From: a candidate division WWE3 bacterium RIFOXYB1_FULL_43_24
GTDB lineage: Bacteria > Patescibacteriota > WWE3 > UBA101185 > UBA10185
Assembly: GCA_001773135.1 (NCBI GenBank)
Contig: MEVX01000006.1
Location: 26,515-90,514 of the forward strand
DNA length: 64,000 nucleotides
Direction: 5' to 3'
Part shown: positions 29,318 through 38,407 of the stretch, piece by piece
Layout: each line of letters begins with the position of its first letter
Position numbering within the stretch: the first letter of the stretch is position 1
Program-made: the position numbers and the translations under genes
Notes under the pieces: generated by a model
The model's database searches: none
What the model was told of the DNA's origin: nothing
The model's input: only the letters and a program-made list of their open reading frames with translations

Positions 29318-30385
29318 ATGGTTGTGTATTTAAACGACCTGAGAACAGCTCTCAGCTACGACGACGTTTTATTAGTACCCAAGACCTCTTCAATAGGGTC
29401 GAGAGGGGATATAAATCTTAATACCCGTATATCCGAAAAACTCGAACTGTCCCTTCCATTAATTTCTACAAATATGGATTCAGTGACAGGGGTAGAAATG
29501 GCGGTGGGGCTGGGGAAACTCGGGGGACTGGGCATTTTACCCAGATTCGACGCTCCCGAAGTTCAGGCTGAAAAAATTTCTAAAATAAAAAGCGCCGGGG
29601 TTTTAGCTGCAGCCTCGCTGGGGTGCAAAGAAGGGTATAAAACGGCAGCGGAACTACTGGTTAAATCCGGAGCGGACGTAATCCTGATGGACGTAGCCCA
29701 CGGACATCTCGAAAAATTTATGGAAGCAACAAAATACGTGGCCGAAAAGTACGGGAACAGCGTGACTGTAATAGCCGGCGTAATCGCCACGTACGAAGGA
29801 GCCTGCGCTCTTTTCGAATCCGGTGCTGACGCTGTAAGAGTAGGGGTAGGCCCCGGTTCCATCTGTACCACCAGAATAATGACAGGCCACGGTGTCCCTC
29901 AAATAACAGCTATCTGTGAAGCAAAAAGAGCCGCGGAAAAATACAACAAGACAATAATTGCTGATGGGGGCGCCAAAAATTCGGGCGATATCGTAAAGGC
30001 ACTCGCCGCGGGAGCATCGGCAGTAACATTGGGCAACTTATTTGCAGGAGTAGACGAGGCTCCGGGGGAAATAATTGAAATAAACGGTAAAAAATACAAA
30101 GAATATAACGGATCCACCTCAAAAAAGGAAAAGATAAGACAGATAGGGAAGTACTCTCAGGATAAAAATGAATCGTATGCCAACCATACAGAGGGCGTTG
30201 AGGCTTTGGTACCTTATAAAGGACCGCTTGGTGACGTCGTAGAAAGTCTTTTGGCGGGCGTAAAGTCAGGATTTAGTTATTCAGGCGCAAGAGATGTTCA
30301 AGAATTATGGAAAAACGCCGAATTTATCCGGGTAACTCAGGCCGGTATGCGTGAAAGCCATGCTCACGACGTAATTTTGAATTAG
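29318..30385 (+). CDS. IMP dehydrogenase/GMP reductase family enzyme lacking CBS domains
   Basis: [27 protein letters not shown] catalytic Cys, IIADGG; flap YNGSTS is atypical for GuaB. Confidence 0.88.
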   Translation: MVVYLNDLRTALSYDDVLLVPKTSSIGSRGDINLNTRISEKLELSLPLISTNMDSVTGVEMAVGLGKLGGLGILPRFDAPEVQAEKISKIKSAGVLAAASLGCKEGYKTAAELLVKSGADVILMDVAHGHLEKFMEATKYVAEKYGNSVTVIAGVIATYEGACALFESGADAVRVGVGPGSICTTRIMTGHGVPQITAICEAKRAAEKYNKTIIADGGAKNSGDIVKALAAGASAVTLGNLFAGVDEAPGEIIEINGKKYKEYNGSTSKKEKIRQIGKYSQDKNESYANHTEGVEALVPYKGPLGDVVESLLAGVKSGFSYSGARDVQELWKNAEFIRVTQAGMRESHAHDVILN

Positions 30386-31437
30386 TTTAGAGAAGTGATT
30401 TCTGATTCTTCTTCCGCTGACCCATCGCCTGCTTTTTCTTCATCCACGTCCTTAACATTTAATCCCGGCTTACCTTCAATATCCTTGTGGTAGAGCTTGT
30501 GAATATTCTTAAGCTGTCTATTCGTGATATGGGTGTAAATCTGTGTAGTGGAAACATTGGAGTGGCCTAATAATTCCTGCACACTTCTAAGGTCAGCACC
30601 TTCCTGAAGTAAGCCCGTGGCGTACGTGTGCCTGAGGGTATGGGGCGTAGCATCAACGGAAATGCCCGAATTTGTGACGTATTTTTTGATCATACGTTCG
30701 ACGCTTCTTACTGTGAGTCTCAACGACTCACCGTCGAAATCATCAGACTCCATGTGCTTGCCGGAATATCTTAGAAATAAGGGTTTAAAGGAATCTCCCC
30801 TGAGGCCAAGGTATCTTTTTATCCAATCTTTTGCGGCAGGTGAGAGATAAACCGTTCTTGCTTTGCGTCCTTTACCTATAACAGTGAACTCCCCGGAATT
30901 AAGATTAACATCGTCGCGGTTTAGCTTTGTGAGCTCACTTACACGTAAACCCGTGCTGTACAAAGTTTCTAAAATGGCGCGGTCCCTTATTCCCGACCTT
31001 TTGCTCAAATCCTGGCCGTCGAAAAGTCTTTTCATTTGCTCTTCGTTAAGGACTTTGGGCACACGGTCGTCAGATTTTCCAAGTATTATTTGCTCCGGAG
31101 ACATGATTTCAACCTCTGTTTCAACTACCAGATACTTTAGTAAAGCTCTTATTGCAACTAAAAAGGTCTTTTGAGTGGAACGTTTAAATTCCATATTGGA
31201 TTTGCTACTAATTCTACGGTTAAGATCGAGTCTGTACTTTTTAATATTTTCATCAGTAATGTCACCCAAGGTAACTTTTTCTTTTTTCAAAAACGCACCC
31301 AGCCATTCCAAAAAATCAGTCAGATAAAAGTGGTACATTTTTAGTGTGTTCTGCGAGAGGTTCTTTTCTATCTCACAATACTCGAGGTACTGGGTTACCA
31401 CGTCATAGAGATTTGAATCTAACGATACTTTAGTCAT
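30382..31437 (-). CDS. Xer-family tyrosine recombinase (XerC/D/A-like)
   Basis: RDRAILETLYSTGLRVSEL, GKGRKAR, TPHTLRHTYAT, VQELLGHSNVSTTQIYTH. Confidence 0.93.
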   Translation of the reverse strand: MTKVSLDSNLYDVVTQYLEYCEIEKNLSQNTLKMYHFYLTDFLEWLGAFLKKEKVTLGDITDENIKKYRLDLNRRISSKSNMEFKRSTQKTFLVAIRALLKYLVVETEVEIMSPEQIILGKSDDRVPKVLNEEQMKRLFDGQDLSKRSGIRDRAILETLYSTGLRVSELTKLNRDDVNLNSGEFTVIGKGRKARTVYLSPAAKDWIKRYLGLRGDSFKPLFLRYSGKHMESDDFDGESLRLTVRSVERMIKKYVTNSGISVDATPHTLRHTYATGLLQEGADLRSVQELLGHSNVSTTQIYTHITNRQLKNIHKLYHKDIEGKPGLNVKDVDEEKAGDGSAEEESEITSLN

Positions 31438-31810
31438 CTTTTTTAAAAAAATTTATCCTGGGGCATCCTGGAGCGTCGCTCCTTGTTTTTGCCGCAACAA
31501 CAACAAATAATGGCACAGCATCTCATGAAATGAGCCCGAATTTCATTAAGATATATAGATTATAGTACATAGAGGATGAAATATCCCAACGAACCCGGGG
31601 AGGGTAGAGAAATCAGAAAATTTTTTGGCAGGACACCGTGCGTTAAAAGTACGGGACAAGCTGATACGTGAATAATAGGGGAAAGTAATTTTTAGAAGAG
31701 ACGCCGGAAATATTATTACATAATTAAATAAAGAAATTAGAAAAATAATCCGCTCAAATTTATTAGGATATATCTATACGTGGGGCACACCGGTTTTGCC
31801 TACACGTCAC

Positions 31811-31838
31811 ACGTCGTATAATGTATGTTTAACGACGT
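31811..31838. other. Candidate dif-like recombination site (11-6-11)
   Basis: ACGTCGTATAA-TGTATG-TTTAACGACGT; arms 9/11 inverted; core ATAATGTAT as in E. coli dif; about 375 bp upstream of the xer gene. Confidence 0.6.
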
Positions 31839-31869
31839 TGCGTAGGGGGTTGAGCCTGTGGCATGGCAG

Positions 31870-32030
31870 AAACAAAATATAAGACACATATTAGGAGAGA
31901 AGATAAAAGTATAAAAAATAAACGCATAAGATTTATTTAATATTTTTAATTACCGAATATTTATTAATATAATTTATTAAAAGAAAATAATAAAACTCTT
32001 TGTCTTCCGGATGATCTGATTTATTAAATC
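31870..32030. other. Very AT-rich non-coding tract with ATTTATTAA-like repeats
   Basis: Visibly almost all A/T between 31900 and 31995. Confidence 0.7.
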
Positions 32031-32056
32031 CTATTTACCGAGCCCGGGCTTCTGAG

Positions 32057-32065
32057 TTATCCACA
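32057..32065 (+). promoter_or_regulatory. Perfect DnaA box
   Basis: TTATCCACA; function not established from a single box. Confidence 0.5.
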
Positions 32066-32084
32066 CCCCCACCCCACTGAAAAG

Positions 32085-32254
32085 TATGACAATCGTGCAG
32101 AACGTTGTTAATACAACAAATACTGTCATAAAATGAACAGTTTATTTGCTCAGATGTATGACAAACGTCCATAAATATATGTCAATCGTACAGCTATGCG
32201 GACGATATTAGCACCCTATAGTATTGGTTGATAGGAAATATGACAAACTACCCT
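32085..32254. repeat. Dispersed TATG(A/T)CAA(A/T)C repeats: four direct, one partial inverted
   Basis: Direct copies start at 32085, 32157, 32178 and 32239; inverted TGTCATA at 32124-32130. Confidence 0.7.
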
Positions 32255-32291
32255 ATAGTTCTTCTCTACTTCACTCACCTACTACCCGATG

Positions 32292-33113
32292 TTAAGGCCT
32301 GAATATCAACATTAAAACGAGAAAGAACATTGTAATAAATGCGTACTGAAATATAAATTTCTTATTAATTTCGTTTTTTAAATAAGCGCTTACGTAGCTA
32401 AGCCCGAACATAGCTATTGATGATGTAAATAACGCTTTAAGAAAAGGTTCGGAGGGAACGAAAGAAACTCCTATCACGCCGGCAAAAACGAAGAAAAACA
32501 CAATAAGGGATAAAAATATCCTCTCCGCTACCCCGGCATTCTTTGCATCTTTGTCGTACCTGGTAACCCATATCTGATATAAAGAATAAAAAAATGATAA
32601 AACAGCTACGGCAGCCGCCTGATAAAAACTACTAACATTAAATTTGTAAACGGAGGCAACAAGGGGTATCAAAACTATGATTTGCAAAATGAGACTCCAC
32701 GTAACCGCAACCCTATAAAGAGGAATTACTTCTTCTCTATCCTCAATCACCAAAAAAACGTTATTAATTAGTAAAATAACATAATCCAGAAATGAGAAAG
32801 CAACTATCGCGGATAATTTAAATATCAAACTTATATTAGGAAAAAACAGTAAAGCCAGGGTGCCCCCTAAAGCAAGGTTCATGGGGAGTAGAACTGCCAT
32901 AAAAATATTTTTGTATGTCACGTTCGGGTAATGTACAAGTATAACCGAAAAACCTGTAACAAAAAGCATTGCGAAATAAAGCCTGAGGTTTTCAAATGGG
33001 ATAAACCCGCCGCTATGTAAGAACAATATAGCCCCGTAAAATGCAGCGTGTATTGCGAACCTGTACTTCTTCTCTACTTTCTGAGTTAGACTTTGCGTAA
33101 TAGTACGGATCAT
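32292..33113 (-). CDS. Hypothetical polytopic membrane protein
   Basis: About 8-9 hydrophobic segments; overlaps the ruvC stop. Confidence 0.75.
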   Translation of the reverse strand: MIRTITQSLTQKVEKKYRFAIHAAFYGAILFLHSGGFIPFENLRLYFAMLFVTGFSVILVHYPNVTYKNIFMAVLLPMNLALGGTLALLFFPNISLIFKLSAIVAFSFLDYVILLINNVFLVIEDREEVIPLYRVAVTWSLILQIIVLIPLVASVYKFNVSSFYQAAAVAVLSFFYSLYQIWVTRYDKDAKNAGVAERIFLSLIVFFFVFAGVIGVSFVPSEPFLKALFTSSIAMFGLSYVSAYLKNEINKKFIFQYAFITMFFLVLMLIFRP

Positions 33114-33592
33114 TTCTTGGATTCTCCCTTTTTAACGTAACATAGTGCCATAGCTACAGCATCGTTTGCATCGTCAGATTTCACTATAGCGTCTAGTTCC
33201 AGTGTATCTTTAACGGCTTCCTGCATGACTTTTTTGTCGGATCTACCGTACCCGGTCAATACAAGTTTAGCTTCTAGTGCCGTGTACTCATGTATCCGCG
33301 TCTTAGTACGTGCTGCCGACAGCAGTATTACTCCCCTAGCCTGCCCTACTGCTATGGCAGTTTTGGCATTGGTGTTGAAAAAAATTCTCTCAACTACGAT
33401 GACATCGGGTGAATATTTATCAATAAGCTCCAAAAGGTTTTCGTATAAATAAAGAAGCCGGTCCTGTAACTCTGATTCTTTCGCAGTGACAAAAACACCT
33501 GAGACCACCAAAGATAAACCGCCCTTTCCCTTCTCCTTGATTATTCCATACCCGAGTCTTGCGGTTCCGGGGTCTATACCCAAAATGACCAT
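33110..33592 (-). CDS. ruvC: Holliday junction resolvase RuvC
   Basis: ILGIDPGTARLGYG, VERIFF, QARGV, GYGRSDK, DDANDAVAMA. Confidence 0.96.
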   Translation of the reverse strand: MVILGIDPGTARLGYGIIKEKGKGGLSLVVSGVFVTAKESELQDRLLYLYENLLELIDKYSPDVIVVERIFFNTNAKTAIAVGQARGVILLSAARTKTRIHEYTALEAKLVLTGYGRSDKKVMQEAVKDTLELDAIVKSDDANDAVAMALCYVKKGESKK

Positions 33593-33595
33593 TGT

Positions 33596-34138
33596 CTATT
33601 CTTCCGGCAGGACGAAATTTACATACACGTCCTGGACATCGTCGTGGTCATCCAGTTCTTCCAAAAGAGATTCCAATTTCGCAGCATATTTGACGTCGTT
33701 AATCTCCAAAGAGTATGCAGGACTCTCGGGGTCGGGATTAAAAATGTAGGCAGTACTTCCCGCACCTCCCAGTGACCCACCGGCTTTACTGAAAATATTC
33801 CTAATCTCTGAAACTGTCCTATTCTTGTTATCTGTCAAAGATAAAATATAAAAAGCCTCGCCTCCGGGGCCGAAACCCTCGTAAGTAGCTTCCGAATAAC
33901 TCTCTCCCCCGCCCTGTCCAGATCCTTTGGCGATAGCCTTATCAATGTTTTCCTTTGGCATTCTTGCCTCTTTGGCTTTTTCGATTGCTATTCTTAAGGG
34001 GGCGTTAGAGTCAGGATCCGCACCATTGCGCGCTGCCACACTAATAAGACGGCTCATCTTTGAAAAGACTTTGCCTTTCTTAGCATCCGTAACTTCCTTT
34101 TTCCTCTTGATATTTGCCCATTTGGAGTGTCCCGACAT
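33596..34138 (-). CDS. yebC: YebC/PmpR family protein, short 180-aa form (true start 34138)
   Basis: MSGHSKWANIK, YEGFGPGG, TDNKNRT, DDVQDVY. Confidence 0.93.
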   Translation of the reverse strand: MSGHSKWANIKRKKEVTDAKKGKVFSKMSRLISVAARNGADPDSNAPLRIAIEKAKEARMPKENIDKAIAKGSGQGGGESYSEATYEGFGPGGEAFYILSLTDNKNRTVSEIRNIFSKAGGSLGGAGSTAYIFNPDPESPAYSLEINDVKYAAKLESLLEELDDHDDVQDVYVNFVLPEE

Positions 34139-34164
34139 ACCTGCTATATTAGCATTTTTTCCGA

Positions 34165-34192
34165 TTGACAAAAACTTTATATTTATTATCCT
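34165..34192 (+). promoter_or_regulatory. Sigma70 promoter for the TPR gene
   Basis: TTGACA-N16-TATCCT, 7 nt before ATG 34200. Confidence 0.5.
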
Positions 34193-34199
34193 TGTAGGC

Positions 34200-34892
34200 A
34201 TGCAATTAAGCCTCGCTATACTGAGCAAGAAGGCGATAGAAGCCGCGCTGAGCCTTAACTGGGAAAAAGCAATAGAATTAAACTCCCAAATTCTAGAAAA
34301 ATACCCTAACAACCTGGAAACAAAAATCAGGTTAGGAAGGGCGTTGATACAATCAAAACAATTTGAGAAGGCTAAAAGAATATTTAAAGAAGTTCTGGCC
34401 GTAGATCCTATAAATGCAGTAGCTTTGAAAAACCTTGAAGTAGCTAAAGCTAAAAAGATTGATACAAAGCACGAAAACGGCGTAAACTCGAACCATCTCC
34501 TTAAAGAGCCGGGCACAACCGTAGAAGTAGTTGCCAACATCAACTGCAAAGGTGTAACAGGAAGAGATTTCACTATCGGAGAGTGCCTTAAATTCAAAAT
34601 AAAAAAGAAAAACATTGACGTCTACAAATGTAAAAAAGACAAAGAAATATTGGTCTCGGTGTTAGAAGACAAAGAGATTGTCTCCAGATTGAACAAGGCA
34701 GCGGAGATACGCGCGGACGTTAGTGGTTATGTAGTAAGGGCAGCAGACAAGTCTCTTACTATGATAATCAAATCATCTATCCCGGTTTTTCGTGGTGAAA
34801 AACAAGACATAAGACCTTACATAAAGAAGGGTCTGGACGACATAGATTTTGAAGACGAGGAATCCGGGGAAGAAGAGACAATCGAGGAATAA
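34200..34892 (+). CDS. Tetratricopeptide-repeat protein (start 34200)
   Basis: NWEKAIELN...RLGRA...EVLAVDPINAVALKNL TPR pattern; acidic tail. Confidence 0.8.
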   Translation: MQLSLAILSKKAIEAALSLNWEKAIELNSQILEKYPNNLETKIRLGRALIQSKQFEKAKRIFKEVLAVDPINAVALKNLEVAKAKKIDTKHENGVNSNHLLKEPGTTVEVVANINCKGVTGRDFTIGECLKFKIKKKNIDVYKCKKDKEILVSVLEDKEIVSRLNKAAEIRADVSGYVVRAADKSLTMIIKSSIPVFRGEKQDIRPYIKKGLDDIDFEDEESGEEETIEE

Positions 34893-34893
34893 T

Positions 34894-35718
34894 TTACCTC
34901 AAATCATCATCATCCATTATATTTGCAACAAATTCTTTTTGATTTTTTTGCGGTTCGGCAGCCGGTTTAGACTCGATTTTGGCTTGTTTTTGTCCGGATT
35001 TAACTTCCGGCTTAACAATTGTTTTCGGCTTAACAAGAGTTTCTATTTTCTTCTCCACCGGCTTAGGTGCATCTCTAACTTCGGGTTTTTTCATTTCAGG
35101 TTTTTTAGTCTCCACGACTTTTACTTTTATTTCGTTATCGGCCTTTTTGATAGACGGGGAAACTGGAGCCTCTTTTCTCTTCTGATCTTGCGGAGCTTCC
35201 GGTAATTTTTCTTTCTCAAGATAGTCCAGGGCGGCGTACGTCGCATTAAGCGCGTTCTCGGGCACATAAGCCACAGCTTTATCATTTAACTCCGCCTTGT
35301 GGAATTCTGCCGCTATATCCGACACTTTATAAGTGCCTCCGTCGGAAAGAAAATACCATTTTCCTTCTTTCTTGGATAAAATTCCCTCCAGCCTTTTCCT
35401 GGGAACTTTGTCGATCTGCTTAAACAGCTTCTTGCCGTCTTCTTCTATCATTTTAAGCGTATCCCCGAAAACTATTCTTGATTTGGCGGCATAGTTTGCC
35501 GGCACTTCATATTTTGAACCGTCTTCTCCCACCAGATAAAAACCATCAAAATACCCCGAAACTCCGGGCATCTCTTTATACATTTCTTTTCTTTTTTCTT
35601 TATCTATGTTGTCTAAAATACGGGATATCTTTTCCAGGTTGCTGTGCGTTAAAGCAACTATTTTTCTTAAATCTTCTATACCTTTTTCGGATATTGAATC
35701 TAATTCGTTTTCAGCCAT
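34894..35718 (-). CDS. Conserved hypothetical protein (VPANYAAKS motif) with Lys/Pro-rich tail
   Basis: GYFDG...YEVPANYAAKSRIVFGD...FKQI; recalled as recurrent in CPR genomes. Confidence 0.75.
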   Translation of the reverse strand: MAENELDSISEKGIEDLRKIVALTHSNLEKISRILDNIDKEKRKEMYKEMPGVSGYFDGFYLVGEDGSKYEVPANYAAKSRIVFGDTLKMIEEDGKKLFKQIDKVPRKRLEGILSKKEGKWYFLSDGGTYKVSDIAAEFHKAELNDKAVAYVPENALNATYAALDYLEKEKLPEAPQDQKRKEAPVSPSIKKADNEIKVKVVETKKPEMKKPEVRDAPKPVEKKIETLVKPKTIVKPEVKSGQKQAKIESKPAAEPQKNQKEFVANIMDDDDLR

Positions 35719-35731
35719 TTTCTTCCCTTCC

Positions 35732-38407
35732 TTAAATTAATTGTCCCCCGGAAATATCTTTGTCCAAGGGAATCTCGGTCGTACCCGCGTTCTTACCTTC
35801 CTTGTCTTTATATTCTTGTGCAATTGCCATACCTTTGTCAAATTTTGCTTCTACCCACTTATTTATCTTACTTTCCACGTACTCGCGCGGCACTCCGTAT
35901 TTCTCGCGGCTTCTTTGTATTACCTTTTCCCTGTTAGCTGTTTTGGGCAGTAAAAAGTCTTTCTCGAACGGTACCAATATTCTGGCAGAAAACGGATGCG
36001 AGGTCATACCATCCTTCATTAGTTTCATATAGACCTGGAAACGCTCCAGGGAGATTATGTCCTCGGCATTGAAATACGGTGCAAACTCACTGGCAAGCTC
36101 CTTTGCGTCAGGGGCGCCTAAAGAAAATGCCATAATAGTGCCGACATTACCGAAAACCGATTTTAACAATTCCTCCGGCAACTGCGCGGTAAACTGATGT
36201 GTAAGATATAAACCCAGCTTATATTTCCTGGATTCGGACAACACTTCTTCAAAACTTCCGGTGGCAAAATTCTGGAACTCATCCACATAGAGGTAAAACG
36301 GGCGACGGTCGTCGTAAGGTATTTTGGCTCTTTGGAGTGCGTAAAACTGTATACGTGAAACAAGTAACGCACCGAGAAGATTGGCATTGTCACTTCCGAT
36401 CTTTCCTTTCGAAAGATTCATCAGAAGAATCTTTCCCGAGTTCATAGCATCCCAAATGTCCAGGGTGGATTTCTTCTGCCCCAAAATGTTTCTTATCGTA
36501 GTAGAAGCCAAAAATCTGTTAACTTTATTTTGGATAGGCGATATTGCCTCTGTAACAAGCTTTTGATTTCCTTTCATTTCTTTAAATTCGGTTTCCCAGA
36601 ACTTCACAACCACGGGGTCTTTCACAAAGTGAAGTATGTAATTTTGGTAGTTCTTATCTTCCAGCAGACGGGTTATCCCGAGCATATTAGTACCCGGAAC
36701 CTCTAGAAGGGTGAGAATTGCATAGTTTAATAGATATTCCAACCTTGGCCCCCACGAGTAATCAAAATGCTGTTTAATTGCGTCCACAAGACCCGAAGCC
36801 ATCAGATTCTTATTGGAAGGGTCATCTATCTCAAGTAGATTTAAACCTATCGGGAGCTCGGTGTCGGAAGGATCAAAATATACAACATCCTCAATTCTGT
36901 TGTCAGGAATTCTATCTAAAACTCTTTCGATAGTTTCGCCGTGCGGATCAAGTACCCCTACTCCCGCTCCTGCAGCTATATCCTGAGCAACCATAGATTC
37001 AAAAAGAGAGGATTTACCCGTACCCGACTTCCCTATCACGTAAAGGTGCCTCAATCTGTCATCGTTGTTCTTTAAACCAAAACGAACCTTTTTATCTCTA
37101 AAAGTAGTTTCTCCTATATAGACACAATTTTCAGTAGGAAGGTCTGCGGGCGGTTCCGATTTTCTTGAGTAAACCCAAGGTATGTTTGGCGTGTCTATTG
37201 CTGCCGACGGAAAGTGAAAGAATGTAGCAAGCTCCTCGGAGTTCAACAGTAAAAGTTTATCCTCATCCATCACCCGGTTACACATCATGCCCAAATAATG
37301 AGACTTATTTGATACCCTGTCGGCTAAAAATGCGTTGTTGGCTGTAGAAGAGTATTGTTTGAGCACTGCTAAGGAAGATCTTAAATTATTATCAATCCTG
37401 TCGTGGTCTGTTCCCGTCGCCATAACACGAACGTTGGTCTCGAAACCCATGTGAGACAATTTATTTTCAATTGCCCTGAGTTCCATTTCGGTAGAGAGTG
37501 CTAGTTTTATCTGGGGTTTTGCCATTGCTCTTGAGTCGTCAACCCTCTCTTTATATTGGAAAATTCCGGTGGCAGCACCTGCAGCAAACTCATTAAATTC
37601 CTTTGCTGTAATTTTCAGGAAATTTGAGAAAAATCCACCTCCCCCTGATGACGAAACACCCGTCTCTCTTACTTTCTGTACATAATCAAAACCTTCCTTT
37701 TGCCACGTATCCGCAACCGGTCTAATAACAAACTGGAACCAAATCTCCTCATTATCGCCGACGGAAGAAATAGCGGAAGTCAGAGCACTCATGGTGTCTA
37801 TTTCAAAATCACGGAAACTTTTTATGGGGAAAAAGTAAGGCCGGGCAAAATCAATTGTGGCGATTTCATATTGTTTTGAAGTATTTTTGAATCTCACTGC
37901 GTGATCAGGGACAGCTTTGACATGGGCGCCGGGGAACTGGGCATAAACCTGGCTTTCCACGAATTTAATGATTTCCCGGGGACACGTATAATAGAAACGG
38001 ATACCGTCGGAGGTAGAAGATACAATTTCAAAAGATAAATATTCTTGATTTACAGGCTTTTCACGTAACAACCCATGCAGAGCTGCGAACATGCTTTCGG
38101 CCGCTAAAGAAGCTCTGGTAGGCGATATATCGGCAATTTCCTCATTTTTGCTCAGCTGAACCTCAAAAACCTCAAAACTGCTTTCGTCCTGCAAAGTGTC
38201 ATTTATAAGCGTAGCATCAATACTTTCGCTATTAGATCGGCTTTTTAAAAAGATTACAAATACCACTATAAGGAAGCAGATTGCTGTTATTACGATGTAA
38301 GTTAGAAACATGTCCTGAAATATATAATCCCCCGCCCTTATTTGGGACGGGGGTAGAAAGGAGAGAGTACTAGGCATTATGTTAGTACAAAGAGTCCGCA
38401 GTGTCAA
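35732..38407 (-). CDS. VirB4/VirD4(TraD)-like membrane-anchored P-loop ATPase (start uncertain, possibly 38377 or 38311)
   Basis: RHLYVIGKSGTGKS, LDPHG, Walker B LYVDEFQNF, ESRKY, HQFTAQL; N-terminal TM. Confidence 0.85.
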   Translation of the reverse strand: MTLRTLCTNIMPSTLSFLPPSQIRAGDYIFQDMFLTYIVITAICFLIVVFVIFLKSRSNSESIDATLINDTLQDESSFEVFEVQLSKNEEIADISPTRASLAAESMFAALHGLLREKPVNQEYLSFEIVSSTSDGIRFYYTCPREIIKFVESQVYAQFPGAHVKAVPDHAVRFKNTSKQYEIATIDFARPYFFPIKSFRDFEIDTMSALTSAISSVGDNEEIWFQFVIRPVADTWQKEGFDYVQKVRETGVSSSGGGGFFSNFLKITAKEFNEFAAGAATGIFQYKERVDDSRAMAKPQIKLALSTEMELRAIENKLSHMGFETNVRVMATGTDHDRIDNNLRSSLAVLKQYSSTANNAFLADRVSNKSHYLGMMCNRVMDEDKLLLLNSEELATFFHFPSAAIDTPNIPWVYSRKSEPPADLPTENCVYIGETTFRDKKVRFGLKNNDDRLRHLYVIGKSGTGKSSLFESMVAQDIAAGAGVGVLDPHGETIERVLDRIPDNRIEDVVYFDPSDTELPIGLNLLEIDDPSNKNLMASGLVDAIKQHFDYSWGPRLEYLLNYAILTLLEVPGTNMLGITRLLEDKNYQNYILHFVKDPVVVKFWETEFKEMKGNQKLVTEAISPIQNKVNRFLASTTIRNILGQKKSTLDIWDAMNSGKILLMNLSKGKIGSDNANLLGALLVSRIQFYALQRAKIPYDDRRPFYLYVDEFQNFATGSFEEVLSESRKYKLGLYLTHQFTAQLPEELLKSVFGNVGTIMAFSLGAPDAKELASEFAPYFNAEDIISLERFQVYMKLMKDGMTSHPFSARILVPFEKDFLLPKTANREKVIQRSREKYGVPREYVESKINKWVEAKFDKGMAIAQEYKDKEGKNAGTTEIPLDKDISGGQLI

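Noticed and set aside
30382-31437. Tyrosine recombinase as a prophage or ICE integrase
   Set aside because: Motifs are Xer-like, with no adjacent tRNA, att repeats or phage/cargo genes
31597-31604. GGGGAGGG KOPS-like octamer pointing at the dif-like site
   Set aside because: Plus-strand GGGNAGGG also occurs to the right of the site (46741, 51651); polarity cannot be shown without a full count
31814-31827. 14-nt identity to loxP, suggesting an engineered or P1-derived site
   Set aside because: Outer arms do not match loxP and there is no vector or phage context; better explained as a dif-like site
32085-32254. Repeats as a CRISPR array
   Set aside because: Units are too short and degenerate, spacing is irregular, and no cas genes are present
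34139-34615. Long N-terminal extension of YebC and the overlapping 33927 start of the TPR ORF
   Set aside because: Shadow frames of two divergent genes; true starts at 34138 and 34200 each have promoter signals
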